A stretch of DNA of 64,000 nucleotides. It comes from Naegleria gruberi. Taxonomy: Eukaryota. Under the pieces are notes generated by a model. The model was not told the DNA's origin, made no database searches, and saw only the letters and a list, made by a program, of their open reading frames with translations. The stretch is from NCBI GenBank assembly GCA_000004985.1, contig GG738860.1; one strand, 5' to 3'. Of the stretch, positions 32,897-43,296 are shown in pieces (the first letter of the stretch is position 1; each line of letters starts with the position of its first letter). Position numbers and translations under genes: made by a program.

Positions 32897-32977
32897 GTTG
32901 AGGTGGCCGAGTGGTTAAGGCGCCAGCCTGCTAAGTTGGTGGAGTAATCCGCGTGGGTTCGAATCCCATCCTCAACG
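32897..32977 (+). tRNA. tRNA-Ser (anticodon GCT, decodes AGY)
   Basis: Acceptor stem GTTGAGG/CCTCAAC with discriminator G. D-arm/A-box TGGCCGAGTGGTTAAGGC. Anticodon stem-loop CCAGC-CTGCTAA-GTTGG. The long variable arm is consistent with Ser. T-arm/B-box GGGTTCGAATCCC. Confidence 0.92.
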
Positions 32978-32984
32978 TTTTTTT
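32978..32984 (+). terminator. RNA polymerase III T-run terminator
   Basis: TTTTTTT lies immediately after the tRNA discriminator base. Confidence 0.8.
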
Positions 32985-33070
32985 ACCAATCCATTTTTTG
33001 TTTGTCACAGCAAAATTTTGCTTTTCCTTTAGTTCACAACCAGAGAGTTACAAAGAATGATACAATTTAT

Positions 33071-33494
33071 TTAATCATCAAAATCATTATTTACACTACT
33101 CAAGCTTCTACTAGTATTGATTGCATTATCCACTTTAGTACTATTTGAAGAATTGAGTTTTTCTTGTAGATATTCATCGTAGGTGAGTGAGGCTTTGGAT
33201 GATTGATATCTTTCAGAATCGATTATCTCAAGTAATGAATCAGTTATTTTACCTCTATAGCCAGTTTTTCTGATGAGTGAGTGAATAGTCTCTTCTTGAT
33301 TCCATTCTTGCTCCTTGGAAACTTCAGGAAGATAGGTCTAAAATCAAAATTAGGTTGACCAAAAAATCAGTTAAACTTACACCACTATAACTCANNNNNN
33401 NNNNNNNNNNNNNNNNNNNNNNNNNNNNNNNNNNNNNNNNNNNNTCAAAACAATGCTCACACATATCAGTGGAGGCTCTATTTTGTTCTGCCAT
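33071..33494 (-). CDS. AMMECR1-family protein, interrupted by an assembly gap
   Basis: The 5' exon starts at ATG 33494 (MAEQNRASTDMCEHCFD...) and runs into the N-gap. The 3' exon 33337-33071 encodes TYLPEVSKEQEWNQEETIHSLIRKTGYRGKIT...RYQSSKASLTYDEY, the conserved AMMECR1 C-terminal block. The central core is missing in the gap. Confidence 0.7.
33395..33444. other. assembly gap (50 N)
   Basis: A run of n characters. It falls inside the AMMECR1 gene, so the true missing length must exceed 50 nt. Confidence 1.
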
Positions 33495-33753
33495 TCTCTA
33501 TATTCCTGTTCTGTACTAGTATTATCAGCAATATATACTACAATTCTACAATCCAATCTTTGGAAAAACAATTCAAACCCTTCACTATGAAACAAAAGCC
33601 TGAAAATTTGCAATAATTAAATTCTCTCCTTGTTTTTCTAACTTGTTCTATTTTTGTTTTTTTGAAAACGTTGAGGAATTTGAAAAAGGGATGATAAACT
33701 GTTTCGGTACTAAATTCAATCAACGTATTGTTGTTTTATTCAGTTTATTGAGT

Positions 33754-34771
33754 TTATTGTTCTGTGGTGGTGGTGGTAGTAGAGGCAGACGCGTTGTTGT
33801 CATTATTCTTATTGTAAAGTTGATAATAATTGGTGTAGGATGGATAATTCATTTCAATTCTCTTTTGACAACCTTTAGCTGTTGTTTGGTGGAATTCTTT
33901 AGGGAGGAAGGTGAGTGCCCAATCATAAATAACATTGGGAATGAGGCCTCCAGGTGTAACCTGTGTGACACACCAAAATTCACATCTCTTTTTTATAATG
34001 ATTATTGTAAAATATTGTAAATTATTGTCAGCTTACATTTTCATCTATTGGGCTAACTTTCATACCCAAAAATAAAACAGTGGTTCTAACATATTCTGAT
34101 TTAGTTTCCTTTGGGAATGAATCTGCACTCTTACCAATCATCAAGTAGGTATTAGTTTTTTCATCGTATTTCTCTGCATTGACTGTCATTAAATCACGTG
34201 AGCTCACAATTAAATTCCCCTTCTTGACTAAATATTCCAAAACTTGATTTTGTGGCTAAATTATTTCCAATTATTATTATTATTAATATTATTTCACAAA
34301 ATAATTACCTTTCCAGGAATGTTAAAAATTTGTACAATTTCTCTTCCAGCTTCTCTGTTGTCCCACAAATAACGAAAATCATACGCTCTCAAAACATCAT
34401 AAAACACTTGAATTGGATAATTAACAATCATCTTGTACTTGTGTCTGACTGTTAAATGAGAATGTTCTTCACTAATGGTTTTAGATCCTCCTTCACCATT
34501 TAATTTCTTCCACATGATTCTATCCTCTTCCTCGAATAATAATTTATAGTCACCATCCTTATCCTCAATTTCACTCTCTAATTTATCAAAATCCGAAAAT
34601 TCCTATTTCCACAATTTTTCCTTGGTCAAGCATTAATTTCCATCACACAAAACATACCACAAGAGGAAATTTATATTGTTCAAATTTTTCAAAGCTATCG
34701 GAAACTATCTCTTCAAGCTTTGGTTTGATGAAGAGTGATTGTGCAGGTGTCGACGAGAACCATCCAGCCAT
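33754..34771 (-). CDS. START/Bet-v1-like (SRPBCC) lipid-binding domain protein, 4 exons
   Basis: Exon 1 is 34771-34658 (MAGWFSSTPAQ...KFPLV|GTATGT). In-frame exons contain MWKKLNGEGG...VFYDVLRAYDFRYLWDNREAGREIVQIFNIPGK|GTAATT, then PQNQVLEYLVKKGNLIVSSRDL...MKVSPIDEN|GTAAGC, then RCEFWCVTQVTPGGLIPNVIYDWALTFLPKEF...TEQ*. The pattern is typical of PCTP-like START domains. Confidence 0.55.
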
Positions 34772-34895
34772 TTTTTATTGTTGTGTGTTGCAATAATTTG
34801 GAAGGTGTTGGAGGCATAGGCGGAATACTGAACTCCGCTGTACTTACTGATTTCTCGTCCCCAAGCAGGGCAAGACAATTAGTAATAGAGAGAGC

Positions 34896-36195
34896 TTATA
34901 AATTCCACATTGGACGATGATTTGGTTCTTTGAGGGATGGTACTGCTACGAGTTCATTATTGTTTTCCTTCACTTCAACAATTACATTGGACATTTCATC
35001 CATTTCATCAAAGATTAAATGTTCGAGTGATCTGAATGGTTTAACCCAGCCCTTTATCTGGGAAGCTCTCATTCTCTCATCTTTGCATCTGTAGGTGACA
35101 ATATTGAAATTGGATCTTTTCCAATAGGGAGCTAATTTAGCTTCCTCTTCATTGTCATTCTCAAAGAACGTTTCATTAATTCTCGAGAGGAAACCCTCAT
35201 GGGAGTCATGTTGACTTGCTGATGGTGGGGGTGTAATTAATTCTCTACCAACTGTTTGATTAATCATATCAGTACTCTTCTTTTTGAAATCAGTCCACTT
35301 TTCCCATAATTCTTGCTTGTTAAGAATAACTTTGGTGTATAATTTGATGCTCGCGTATTTAGGCCACATTGTTGAGCTATTTAAAATATGAGCTATTTTC
35401 AAACCATTTGATGTCCAATAGGCACAATTTCCTCTTTCTGCAATTCCAGAAAACCATGAAAAGCCCTTAAATAAGTTATAAATTGGTCCATTAACCATAC
35501 TATATTTGGCCATATTCAAATCACCCAATTTTTGAGTTTCCACAAAATATTCATGCATTTGTTTAATGTATTCTTCTGGCCATTCCTCAAATCTGAAAGA
35601 AATCATTGTTCTCGAATAAATTCCACCTTGTTCATTACCATCATCCACTGTACATTTACTGCATGTTTAATTCACAACATGTCAACCAATATATAATTAT
35701 TCCATTAAACATACCTCGGATGTCCAAACAAATAATCATCAGCAGGTATAAAATTCACCATTCTATGACCTGGTTTTCCAACAACTATTACAAAGATGAC
35801 AAAATATTCAGAATAATATTTCAACAATTAAAATACCTACTATTCATCACTATTGATTTTCCATCTTCTGGATTAGTATATCGAATAGCAGAGTGACCAT
35901 ACGGATTCACTGATGAATCCGAACTAAATATCCTCGTCGTTAACAATGAAGGAGTCACATAAATATATTCAAAAGCAGGAGCCTTCTTCTTCCCCAGCAG
36001 AGAATCAATCTCTGTTAATGCTGTTTCTTTATTAATCACCTCCCTCATATCTTGATGCTGAATTGCTTTAGAAAAACATTGTTTCTTCATCATTGCTCTT
36101 GAAAAAGGATAATCATTATTCTTGTTGATTAATAATTTCCGAGATAAAGTAAAAGCTGTAGTAGTTGTACTAAAACGCGATAATGATCTCAACAT
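34896..36195 (-). CDS. conserved hypothetical protein with presequence-like N-terminus, 3 exons
   Basis: Exons 36195-35841, 35784-35715, 35658-34896, with phases 1/2 consistent and GTAGGT/GTATGT donors. N-terminus MLRSLSRFSTTTTAFTL. Conserved-looking blocks GHSAIRYTNPEDG and GNCAYWTSNGL. Family not recognised. Confidence 0.5.
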
Positions 36196-36359
36196 TTTTT
36201 TGATTGAATTTCTTTCAGTAAAAGGCAAGGAATAGATTCAATCAAATTCATGTAGTTGCTACTGTGAACTTTCTATGCCATCAGATTGTTAATTGTCAGT
36301 AATTGGTGGAAATAAGTGATTACAAAATATTTTAAACCAATTCGAATATTAGAAAAAAC

Positions 36360-38042
36360 ATGTCAAAGAGACCAGCCGAATCTTCTTCCGAAGATGAAGA
36401 AGAAGATTACTCATCAGAGGAGGAGAATGTACAAGAATCGTCATCAATTAAAACTAAACCAATTCAAGTAAATCCACTCCATGCCGATAAGATTGTTCGA
36501 CAAATATTGATTAAACCCAAATGGCATGCCAAGATTGACAATAAGAGAATTATTAAAAAGTGGAGAGACGAATGTACCAAACAAGGTATATCAAACTCTA
36601 GTTTTGATGTTGGAATTGATATCTTACGTGATATCAAAGCAATTTCCCACTCTGTTCACTATTGTTGTGGATATTGTGGTGCTCAACCAAAGAAGAAACT
36701 ATTCTCTGATCCCGATAGTGATGCAGAAGAATTGAATGAAGATGAAGAACTTTTCGATGGAACTCTTGAAGATAAGAAACCGAGTAAAAAGAAGAAAAAA
36801 GTAATGAGGATTTCATATTCGGACGATGAGGAGTATAATGATGATGATGGTGAAAGAAGATCATATAGGAGGTCAACCAAGTTTTGTCTTTGTCCATGTG
36901 CTCATTGTGCATTTAAGGAACAGAAAGTTGGACCAGATGTATGTGTTGAGAAGGAAGATTGGATTCCAGAAGAGTTGACTGAAAGATTGAAGAAACATTT
37001 GAATTCTTTGGTGGAGAGTACACCTAAGGAGGAATGGGATTGGCATCCTGGTTCAAATCAACAAGTTCTCGATATTATCCATCCTTCATTGTATTGCTAT
37101 TCGAAAGAGCATAGTATTTTGAAAGGGGATACGAAAAAAAAGTTGGTAAAGAATATGAAACAGATTAACACTCAATGGCTACCAACAGATTTTGAAGTTG
37201 ACAAACAAGGAAATGTCAAACCACTTTCCTATATCAATAACATTAATCCAACATCACAGAAAGAATTACAAGATACTATTTGTGAGGTCTTGTCACATTT
37301 AACTCAACCAGTCAAGAAATTTGTCAAGTTCAAAAAGAAGGTTCAAGTAATTGTCAAGGCAGCAAATGTAATTGTCACTCCAGAACAAGGTTTCTATCCA
37401 GGTGGTACTTGGCACTCAGAAGGGGATACTGAGAATATTGTAGCTACTGCCATCTTTTATTATGAATGTCAAAATGTGAAGGAAAGTGTTTTGGAATTTA
37501 GATCTTCATTGGATGAGGAAAGTTTTTTTGGTATTGAGCAAGATAATGTAAAACAAGCTTGGGACAGATGTAATGTAAGTTACCTTAATTCAATATTCAT
37601 CAATTAATTTCTCAAATTTCTTTGAAAGATTCATGATCGTGATAAATTATTCACAATTTTGGGAAATGTCAAAACCACAGAAGGAAAATGCATCTTCTTC
37701 CCAAATACCCATCAACACAGAGTTAGACATTTCTTCCCAAAGGATCCAACTGAGGTTGCCACCAGAAAAATTCTTGTCTTTTTCTTTGTTGATCCAGAAA
37801 AGCCAATTGTTTCAACTTCAAACATTGATAATCAGAGGAGAGATGCTGCCATTTCGAATGCATTCCCTCTCGTTAAAAAGTTACCTTATCCAATTCTTAT
37901 TAAGGAGATTATTCCATTCCTTCCTTTGATGAGTAAGGCACAAGCCGAAGAGGTTCGTGAGCAATTGATGGAGAGTAGAAAGTACAAAAGGGATGAACAA
38001 AATGAATTATACGAAAGAGAATTCTCATTATGTGAACATTAA
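36360..38042 (+). CDS. DUF4246-like protein (putative cupin/dioxygenase-like), 2 exons
   Basis: Exons 36360-37574 and 37629-38042 with a 54-nt GTAAGT intron in phase 0. Blocks GGTWHSEGDTENIVATAIFYYECQN and LGNVKTTEGKCIFFPNTHQHRV...ILVFFFVDPEKPIVSTSN match my recollection of fungal DUF4246 signatures. Confidence 0.55.
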
Positions 38043-38159
38043 ATTCTACCAAATTATTGAAATTTATTCCTGGTTATTATTAATATTAATATTAAAAATT
38101 ACTAGAATGAAGTTGATGAACTCAACGCAATCACAATATTAATAAAACAATTAAAAAAA

Positions 38160-39539
38160 ATGATTAGAAGAAGAGTTTCGGATCAATCTTCATCATCTTC
38201 GGGTGCTTCTCCTTCATCATCAAAAACAAGACAACACCAACTATTAAATAATATAACTCTACCAAATACTAATACTAGCAATAGTGTACTACCATCAACA
38301 TCAGCATCTGTTGGATCGACTGCGGAATCGACTGCTAAAATTAATGAAAAAACAAAATATGAATTGAGTACATTGCTACATAAACATTGCTCAAAGGATG
38401 CTGATGCCTATGTTGAGGATGCAATTTTACATAAATTTAAATCAATACTAAAGCAAGGAGATGTCTATGTTGAGACTGCTTATCATCAATTGATAAAATC
38501 GATATTGACAAAGAAGAATTCCACCATTCGATATTTTGCATTGACTTTTATTCATGAAGCAATGAGAAGTAAACGATTTAGAACACTTCTGGCTCAGGAT
38601 TTTAAGGAATTTATTATATTGACAGTGGCAGGTAGTCCAGCAAGTAGGACGGATGCTGCCACTTCGAACGTTAGTAGTGGTAAAGATAATGCATTCCTAA
38701 CGAGGAAAAATTCAAAATATAGTGCTATTTGTGTGCCTGATGTGTTGCCTCCACCTGAGAAATCTGCAATGAAATTGAGAGCAAAGGCATTGGAATATAT
38801 TGAAAATTGGAGTGAAACATATGGTCAATTGTATCCATCTTTTCAAAAAGGATATGAGTATATTGAAAAGAAATTGAGATTTCAATTTCCTAAACTGAGA
38901 GAACATCATCTCAATCAAGTTCAAATTCGAAATGAAAGACAAAGACATAGACAAACTATTTTATTGGGAAAATTTAAGAATATTAAGGATAATGATTTTG
39001 AAAAGATGGCCCACATTGAAGTGTGTCTGAGACAACTCGAGGTTTGTCTCGAACAGATTATTCCATCATTTGAAGAAATGATGAAAATTGCAATTAGAGA
39101 GGACGAATCAGTCAATCCACCTGTCACTATTGATCCAAACTTTAATTATATTGAAACTATAAATTCAACCTCTGATGAGAATATAACCGAGCAAAATAAT
39201 GTACAAAACGATAATTATAATGTAAATATGGATAACTATGAAATAACTGCGGAGGAAAATGAAGAGGATGAATGGGAAGAGGTAACAGGTTATCAAGAGG
39301 AAGAGGATGAAAACTCTGTGCCTCTAGACATTGATGACATGATGAAAGATGTTGGTATCTTCTCGAATGATTATGAGATTACAATTGATTTGAAAGATAT
39401 TTTCCAAGACCAGGAAACTATTGACAATACCACACTCTTTGAAATTTGTAAGGAAAATTTACGTACACTGAGGAAGACATACTTTCCTCAAATTAAGGAA
39501 TGGATGAGAATAATGACTGCTATTAAAAGAACCAGGTGA
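38160..39539 (+). CDS. UVSSA-like (UV-stimulated scaffold protein A) homolog
   Basis: 459-aa ORF. The N-terminal VHS/ENTH-like region (VETAYHQLIKSILTKKNSTIRYFALTFIHEAMRSKRFRTLLAQDFKEFIILTV) and LPPPEKSAMKLRAKALEYIENWSETYGQLY parallel human UVSSA blocks. The 3' end is unresolved (see findings). Confidence 0.5.
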   Translation: MIRRRVSDQSSSSSGASPSSSKTRQHQLLNNITLPNTNTSNSVLPSTSASVGSTAESTAKINEKTKYELSTLLHKHCSKDADAYVEDAILHKFKSILKQGDVYVETAYHQLIKSILTKKNSTIRYFALTFIHEAMRSKRFRTLLAQDFKEFIILTVAGSPASRTDAATSNVSSGKDNAFLTRKNSKYSAICVPDVLPPPEKSAMKLRAKALEYIENWSETYGQLYPSFQKGYEYIEKKLRFQFPKLREHHLNQVQIRNERQRHRQTILLGKFKNIKDNDFEKMAHIEVCLRQLEVCLEQIIPSFEEMMKIAIREDESVNPPVTIDPNFNYIETINSTSDENITEQNNVQNDNYNVNMDNYEITAEENEEDEWEEVTGYQEEEDENSVPLDIDDMMKDVGIFSNDYEITIDLKDIFQDQETIDNTTLFEICKENLRTLRKTYFPQIKEWMRIMTAIKRTR

Positions 39540-39763
39540 TATTTTCTCAATGTATTGACATGAAAACAAGATTACTACTGTATTTGACAAGTGTGAAAAA
39601 CTCAAAATTGAAAACTTTGAGGCAATAGAAAAGACCAAATCAATGGAAAAGCAAATTGAAGCAGCAAGGAAAATTGAAGAGGAAATTATTGAGGATTTGA
39701 TTCTTAAAAGAAAACGAAACAATACTGACTCTAGTAAAAATAAAAAGCAAAAGATGAAATAAT

Positions 39764-40936
39764 TTATGATTGTTGGGTAGTTGTTTGTTGTTCAGTTGTT
39801 GTGGATGGAGTTGAAGAAACAAAGAATGATTTGATAAGGGCAGCAAAATTGTTGGCCATGTCATCACTTGGGAATTGAGCAAAACCGTGGACAACCTTTG
39901 GAGTTCTGAAATGTTTGAGTGTAGATGTACCATTAGAAGCTTCAGTAACAACACGAGCAAATTCAGCAGCTTCATCTCTCAAAATGTCATATTCAGCAGT
40001 AATGACGAAACCTCCAGGAAGCTTTGAGTAAACCTTAGCTCTAGCATCAGGATCACGAGTATCCAATGCACTCATAACTGAAAAGTATGGATTGGCAGCA
40101 GCTTCTTCATCTGAAACTTGGGTTCCAAGAAGATATCTCCAAAACTTCTCAAGAACTGGACTATCCAAAACAAATCCAAAATCTCCAAATAATTTGTAAG
40201 ATTCAAACTTGGTTCTATTAGCAGGATAATAGTGAAGAGCTGGATAGAAGAGAGCTTGTTGATGAATTTTTGGAATTTGTTCCTTCTTGACAATTTCCTG
40301 ATCTGCCATCAATAACCTAACAAGGGCATGTGAAGTAATATGACCACCAGCAGAGTCACCAGAAACAGTGAGTTGATTAAGATTGGCATTATACTTTTCA
40401 TCCCTCAAATTCTTTCCAACCCAAGTCAATGCATTCAATAAATCATTCAAACAAGCTGGGAAAACATTTTCTGGAGCTTTTCTATATCCAACACTGACAA
40501 CTACAAATCCCTTCTCTGACATTTTTCTACAGAATGAATCATAAACGTCAATATGATTTAAAACCCATCCACCACCATGAGTATAAACTAATACTGGATA
40601 TCCACCTGGACGATGTTGTTTTGGTGTGTAAATTCTCAATAAATATTGTGCCATATCACTTGTTGAATCCATCTCTTTCAAATACAATTCCGATGATGAA
40701 ATATTATATTGAATTTGATGAGTAGTTTTTTGCAATAAACTAGATTCCATAGTAGTATTTCTAACCTTGTACAATTCCTGTCTGAATTTTACAATATCTG
40801 CAAATCTAACAGATAATTTAAATACCATACTCTTATAATATAATTGGAATGATAAATCAGGAAATAAAATCAACGGATACAATGCATAGGCAACAAGCAC
40901 CAACAAGAGTGCCAAAATTCCGAATGCCACCTTCAT
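39764..40936 (-). CDS. alpha/beta-hydrolase, AADAC/hormone-sensitive-lipase-like carboxylesterase with N-terminal signal anchor
   Basis: The likely start is ATG 40936 (MKVAFGILALLLVLVAYALY). Oxyanion motif HGGGW, nucleophile elbow GDSAGG, and a later Asp (YDILRDEA) and His (VVHGF). The ORF-track upstream extension to 41167 has no ATG support. Confidence 0.75.
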   Translation of the reverse strand: MKVAFGILALLLVLVAYALYPLILFPDLSFQLYYKSMVFKLSVRFADIVKFRQELYKVRNTTMESSLLQKTTHQIQYNISSSELYLKEMDSTSDMAQYLLRIYTPKQHRPGGYPVLVYTHGGGWVLNHIDVYDSFCRKMSEKGFVVVSVGYRKAPENVFPACLNDLLNALTWVGKNLRDEKYNANLNQLTVSGDSAGGHITSHALVRLLMADQEIVKKEQIPKIHQQALFYPALHYYPANRTKFESYKLFGDFGFVLDSPVLEKFWRYLLGTQVSDEEAAANPYFSVMSALDTRDPDARAKVYSKLPGGFVITAEYDILRDEAAEFARVVTEASNGTSTLKHFRTPKVVHGFAQFPSDDMANNFAALIKSFFVSSTPSTTTEQQTTTQQS

Positions 40937-41021
40937 GATAATTCTAATGCTGCTGACCACTAAAACAAAAACACAAACTCCTGGTGTGCAAAGCTGCTGA
41001 TCTTTATATTTTTTTTTTAAA

Positions 41022-41046
41022 GCGAAAGAGCGAAAACCAAGCGAAA
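41022..41046. promoter_or_regulatory. triple GCGAAA (TTTCGC on the gene strand) repeat upstream of the esterase gene
   Basis: aGCGAAAgaGCGAAAaccaaGCGAAAa at 41022-41027, 41030-41035 and 41041-41046, 86-110 bp upstream of ATG 40936. Confidence 0.35.
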
Positions 41047-41235
41047 ATTTATTATTATTCCCTTGCTCAATGCTCAATAAGAATTTCAATGGTTCAATTA
41101 TTTGGAAATAGAAGGTCAGATTTACATATTGAGGTGATTTTTGTGGAGTAAGGTGGGTGGTGTTCAATATTTTTTGAAGGTTAATTGGCGAAGTATCATC
41201 ATGATGTTGGGACTTGAGATTTTCTTGGTGGAAAT

Positions 41236-41418
41236 TTAGTACATTAAGCGAGTTATCATTGTATCGAGATTGTTTGCAGCCTCTGTGAAATCTATCTCTT
41301 CCATTCCTTGCTGAGTGTATTGCCAGAGGTGAATCTTTCTTTTGAAATTGGAGGTGAAGATAGAATGAAAATCTTGTAATGTCTTAGTGATTGAAGCAGA
41401 GTTGACGAGGTGAGACAT
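41236..41418 (-). CDS. possible small (60 aa) helical protein
   Basis: ATG 41418 sits in a GAAAATG context: MSHLVNSASITKTLQDFHSIFTSNFKRKIHLWQYTQQGMEEIDFTEAANNLDTMITRLMY*. No family recognised. It could instead be the last exon of the unresolved locus upstream. Confidence 0.3.
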   Translation of the reverse strand: MSHLVNSASITKTLQDFHSIFTSNFKRKIHLWQYTQQGMEEIDFTEAANNLDTMITRLMY

Positions 41419-41428
41419 TTTCAAAGTG

Positions 41429-41955
41429 TCAGATTAGAATACTATTTGAGGGAATTGTAATTTTGTTACTATAATCGCCTCCTTTCAACTGAAGAGTTGG
41501 TCCCAATGCAGAAAGAGATCCATATGAATGAACTGACGTAAAGCATGCCTTTGGCTTCTGAATACTATCTAGAGTAGAAATTGTTTGGTTTAAATATTTC
41601 ACTTGGCAAATCATTCATCAGAGGATAGTCAAACTCTGAACATCCCATTTGAATAATGCACATCATCTGGAACTAGATTATTCCACATTTTCCTCAAATT
41701 TCCACGTGCAAATTCACCAGGAAATCGTAAAAAGCTGTTATTTTGTTCCCTAAGCCTTTTCACCAAGTTTTCATTACCAATACACCAATCTACCATCACA
41801 CTCCTCGACTTGAAACTCTGTGAATTGTCTTGATAAAAGTAAACATTCGGATCACCTTTTGGCTCATCCTCGGAGAGGGTTTGTTCTTCATAAATATTCT
41901 CGATAAAATCTCTTCCAATTCTTGTTCCTCCAATTCCATTTTGTTTTTGAAATAT
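41429..41955 (-). other. unresolved coding potential (long stop-free frames without a usable ATG)
   Basis: A 108-codon open frame (GIGGTRIGRDFIENIYEEQ...VMVDWCIGNENLVKRLREQNNSFLRFPGEFARGNLRKMWNNLVPDDVHYSNGMFRV*) begins right after the PTH2 stop. The only upstream ATG (41939) is in another frame. A second ORF lies at 41614-41429. No consistent splice model was found. Confidence 0.25.
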
Positions 41956-41967
41956 TTATTAATATTT

Positions 41968-43026
41968 TTACAATAATTTCAAATGTTTTGTAACAGTATC
42001 AATTAATTCTACAGGAGCTGGACCAATTCCAAGTACTGTTTTCGATCCAGCTTCAATTTGAGTTCTTCCAGCATCAACAACAAGATAACAATTCAAACGT
42101 TGTTGTAAACATTTTTGAAATAAATTATCCAATTCCTTATCACTATCTGCTTTAAGACAAATCTTAGCTTCAGCTGTTACTTCCCAGTCATGTAAATATT
42201 GTTTCCATTGTTGCATATCTTGGTTGGTGATTTGTGTTGGCTCTGAATTTGATGATGAAAATAATAATTGAGTTTGAGCAAAATAGGAGGTGTTTTCATA
42301 GAGAATATTTCTATAGAGACCGACAGCTGCATGACAACATTGAGCAGCAATCTTTCCTTTACCCATATTCAAATCATTTCTAACAACAAATACCATCTTG
42401 TAAGCCTTTGATGTCGGGAATGATTTCATCAAATATTCTTGATATTTTTGATNNNNNNNNNNNNNNNNNNNNNNNNNNNNNNNNNNNNNNNNNNNNNNNN
42501 NNNNNNNNNNNNNNNNNNNNNNNNNNNNNNNNNNNNNNNNNNNNNNNNNNNNNNNNNNNNNNNNNNNNNNNNNNNNNNNNNNNNNNNNNNNNNNNNNNNN
42601 NNNNNNNNNNNNNNNNNNNNNNNNNNNNNNNNNNNNNNNNNNNNNNNNNNNNNNNNNNNNNNNNNNNNNNNNNNNNNNNNNNNNNNNNNNNNNNNNNNNN
42701 NNNNNNNNNNNNNNNNNNNNNNNNNNNNNNNNNNNNNNNNNNNNNNNNNNNNNNNNNNNNNNNNNNNNNNNNNNNNNNNNNNNNNNNNNNNNNNNNNNNN
42801 NNNNNNNNNNNNNNNNNNNNNNNNNNNNNNNNNNNNNNNNNNNNNNNNNNNNNNNNNNNNNNNNNNNNNNNNNNNNNNNNNNNNNNNNNNNNNNNNNNNN
42901 NNNNNNNNNNNNNNNNNNNNNNNNNNNNNNNNNNNNNNNNNNNTGTGTTCTTGTGATGACATTTTTTAATGAGTTGGAATTATTTTGAAAATAATCACAT
43001 GAGGAATAAATTGCAGAATTGAACAT
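41968..43026 (-). CDS. PTRH2: peptidyl-tRNA hydrolase 2 (PTH2/PTRH2), interrupted by an assembly gap
   Basis: C-terminal domain YKMVFVVRNDLNMGKGKIAAQCCHAAVG...YLVVDAGRTQIEAGSKTVLGIGPAPVELIDTVTKHLKLL*. N-terminal exon from ATG 43026 (MFNSAIYSS...). The middle lies in 491 N. Confidence 0.85.
   Translation of the reverse strand: MFNSAIYSSCDYFQNNSNSLKNVITRTXXXXXXXXXXXXXXXXXXXXXXXXXXXXXXXXXXXXXXXXXXXXXXXXXXXXXXXXXXXXXXXXXXXXXXXXXXXXXXXXXXXXXXXXXXXXXXXXXXXXXXXXXXXXXXXXXXXXXXXXXXXXXXXXXXXXXXXXXXXXXXXXXXXXXXXXXXXXXXXXXXXXXQKYQEYLMKSFPTSKAYKMVFVVRNDLNMGKGKIAAQCCHAAVGLYRNILYENTSYFAQTQLLFSSSNSEPTQITNQDMQQWKQYLHDWEVTAEAKICLKADSDKELDNLFQKCLQQRLNCYLVVDAGRTQIEAGSKTVLGIGPAPVELIDTVTKHLKLL
42453..42943. other. 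assembly gap (491 N)
   Basis: A run of n characters inside the PTH2 gene. Confidence 1.
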
Positions 43027-43296
43027 CAATCTCGAGCCAATAAATTCACAAACAATTAAGAACTCTCCAATTAGACTTTAGATAGTTAAGGGATTGTTGA
43101 CGGAAGAGAATTTCATGTTTTATAGTTAGTATTTATAGAAATTAATAACAATAATAATTTGTACTTCACAACAGGAAAGTTGAAGAAACAATAATTTTCA
43201 AGTGGAAACTTTACAATTTCTTTCATCAAGAGGATTATCCAATCAATCAATTATTGAAATAAAAAAAAATTCAAATCACCCAGATCTTCTTTGAAC

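Noticed and set aside
40937-41167. N-terminal extension of the esterase ORF given by the ORF track (467 aa)
   Set aside because: The extension begins at a non-ATG codon and reads through an obvious promoter-like sequence (a T-run and GCGAAA repeats). The ATG at 40936 gives a canonical signal-anchor start.
42408-43029. ORF-track entries made mostly of X residues
   Set aside because: These are translations across the 491-N assembly gap. Only the flanking real sequence (PTH2 N- and C-terminal parts) is meaningful.
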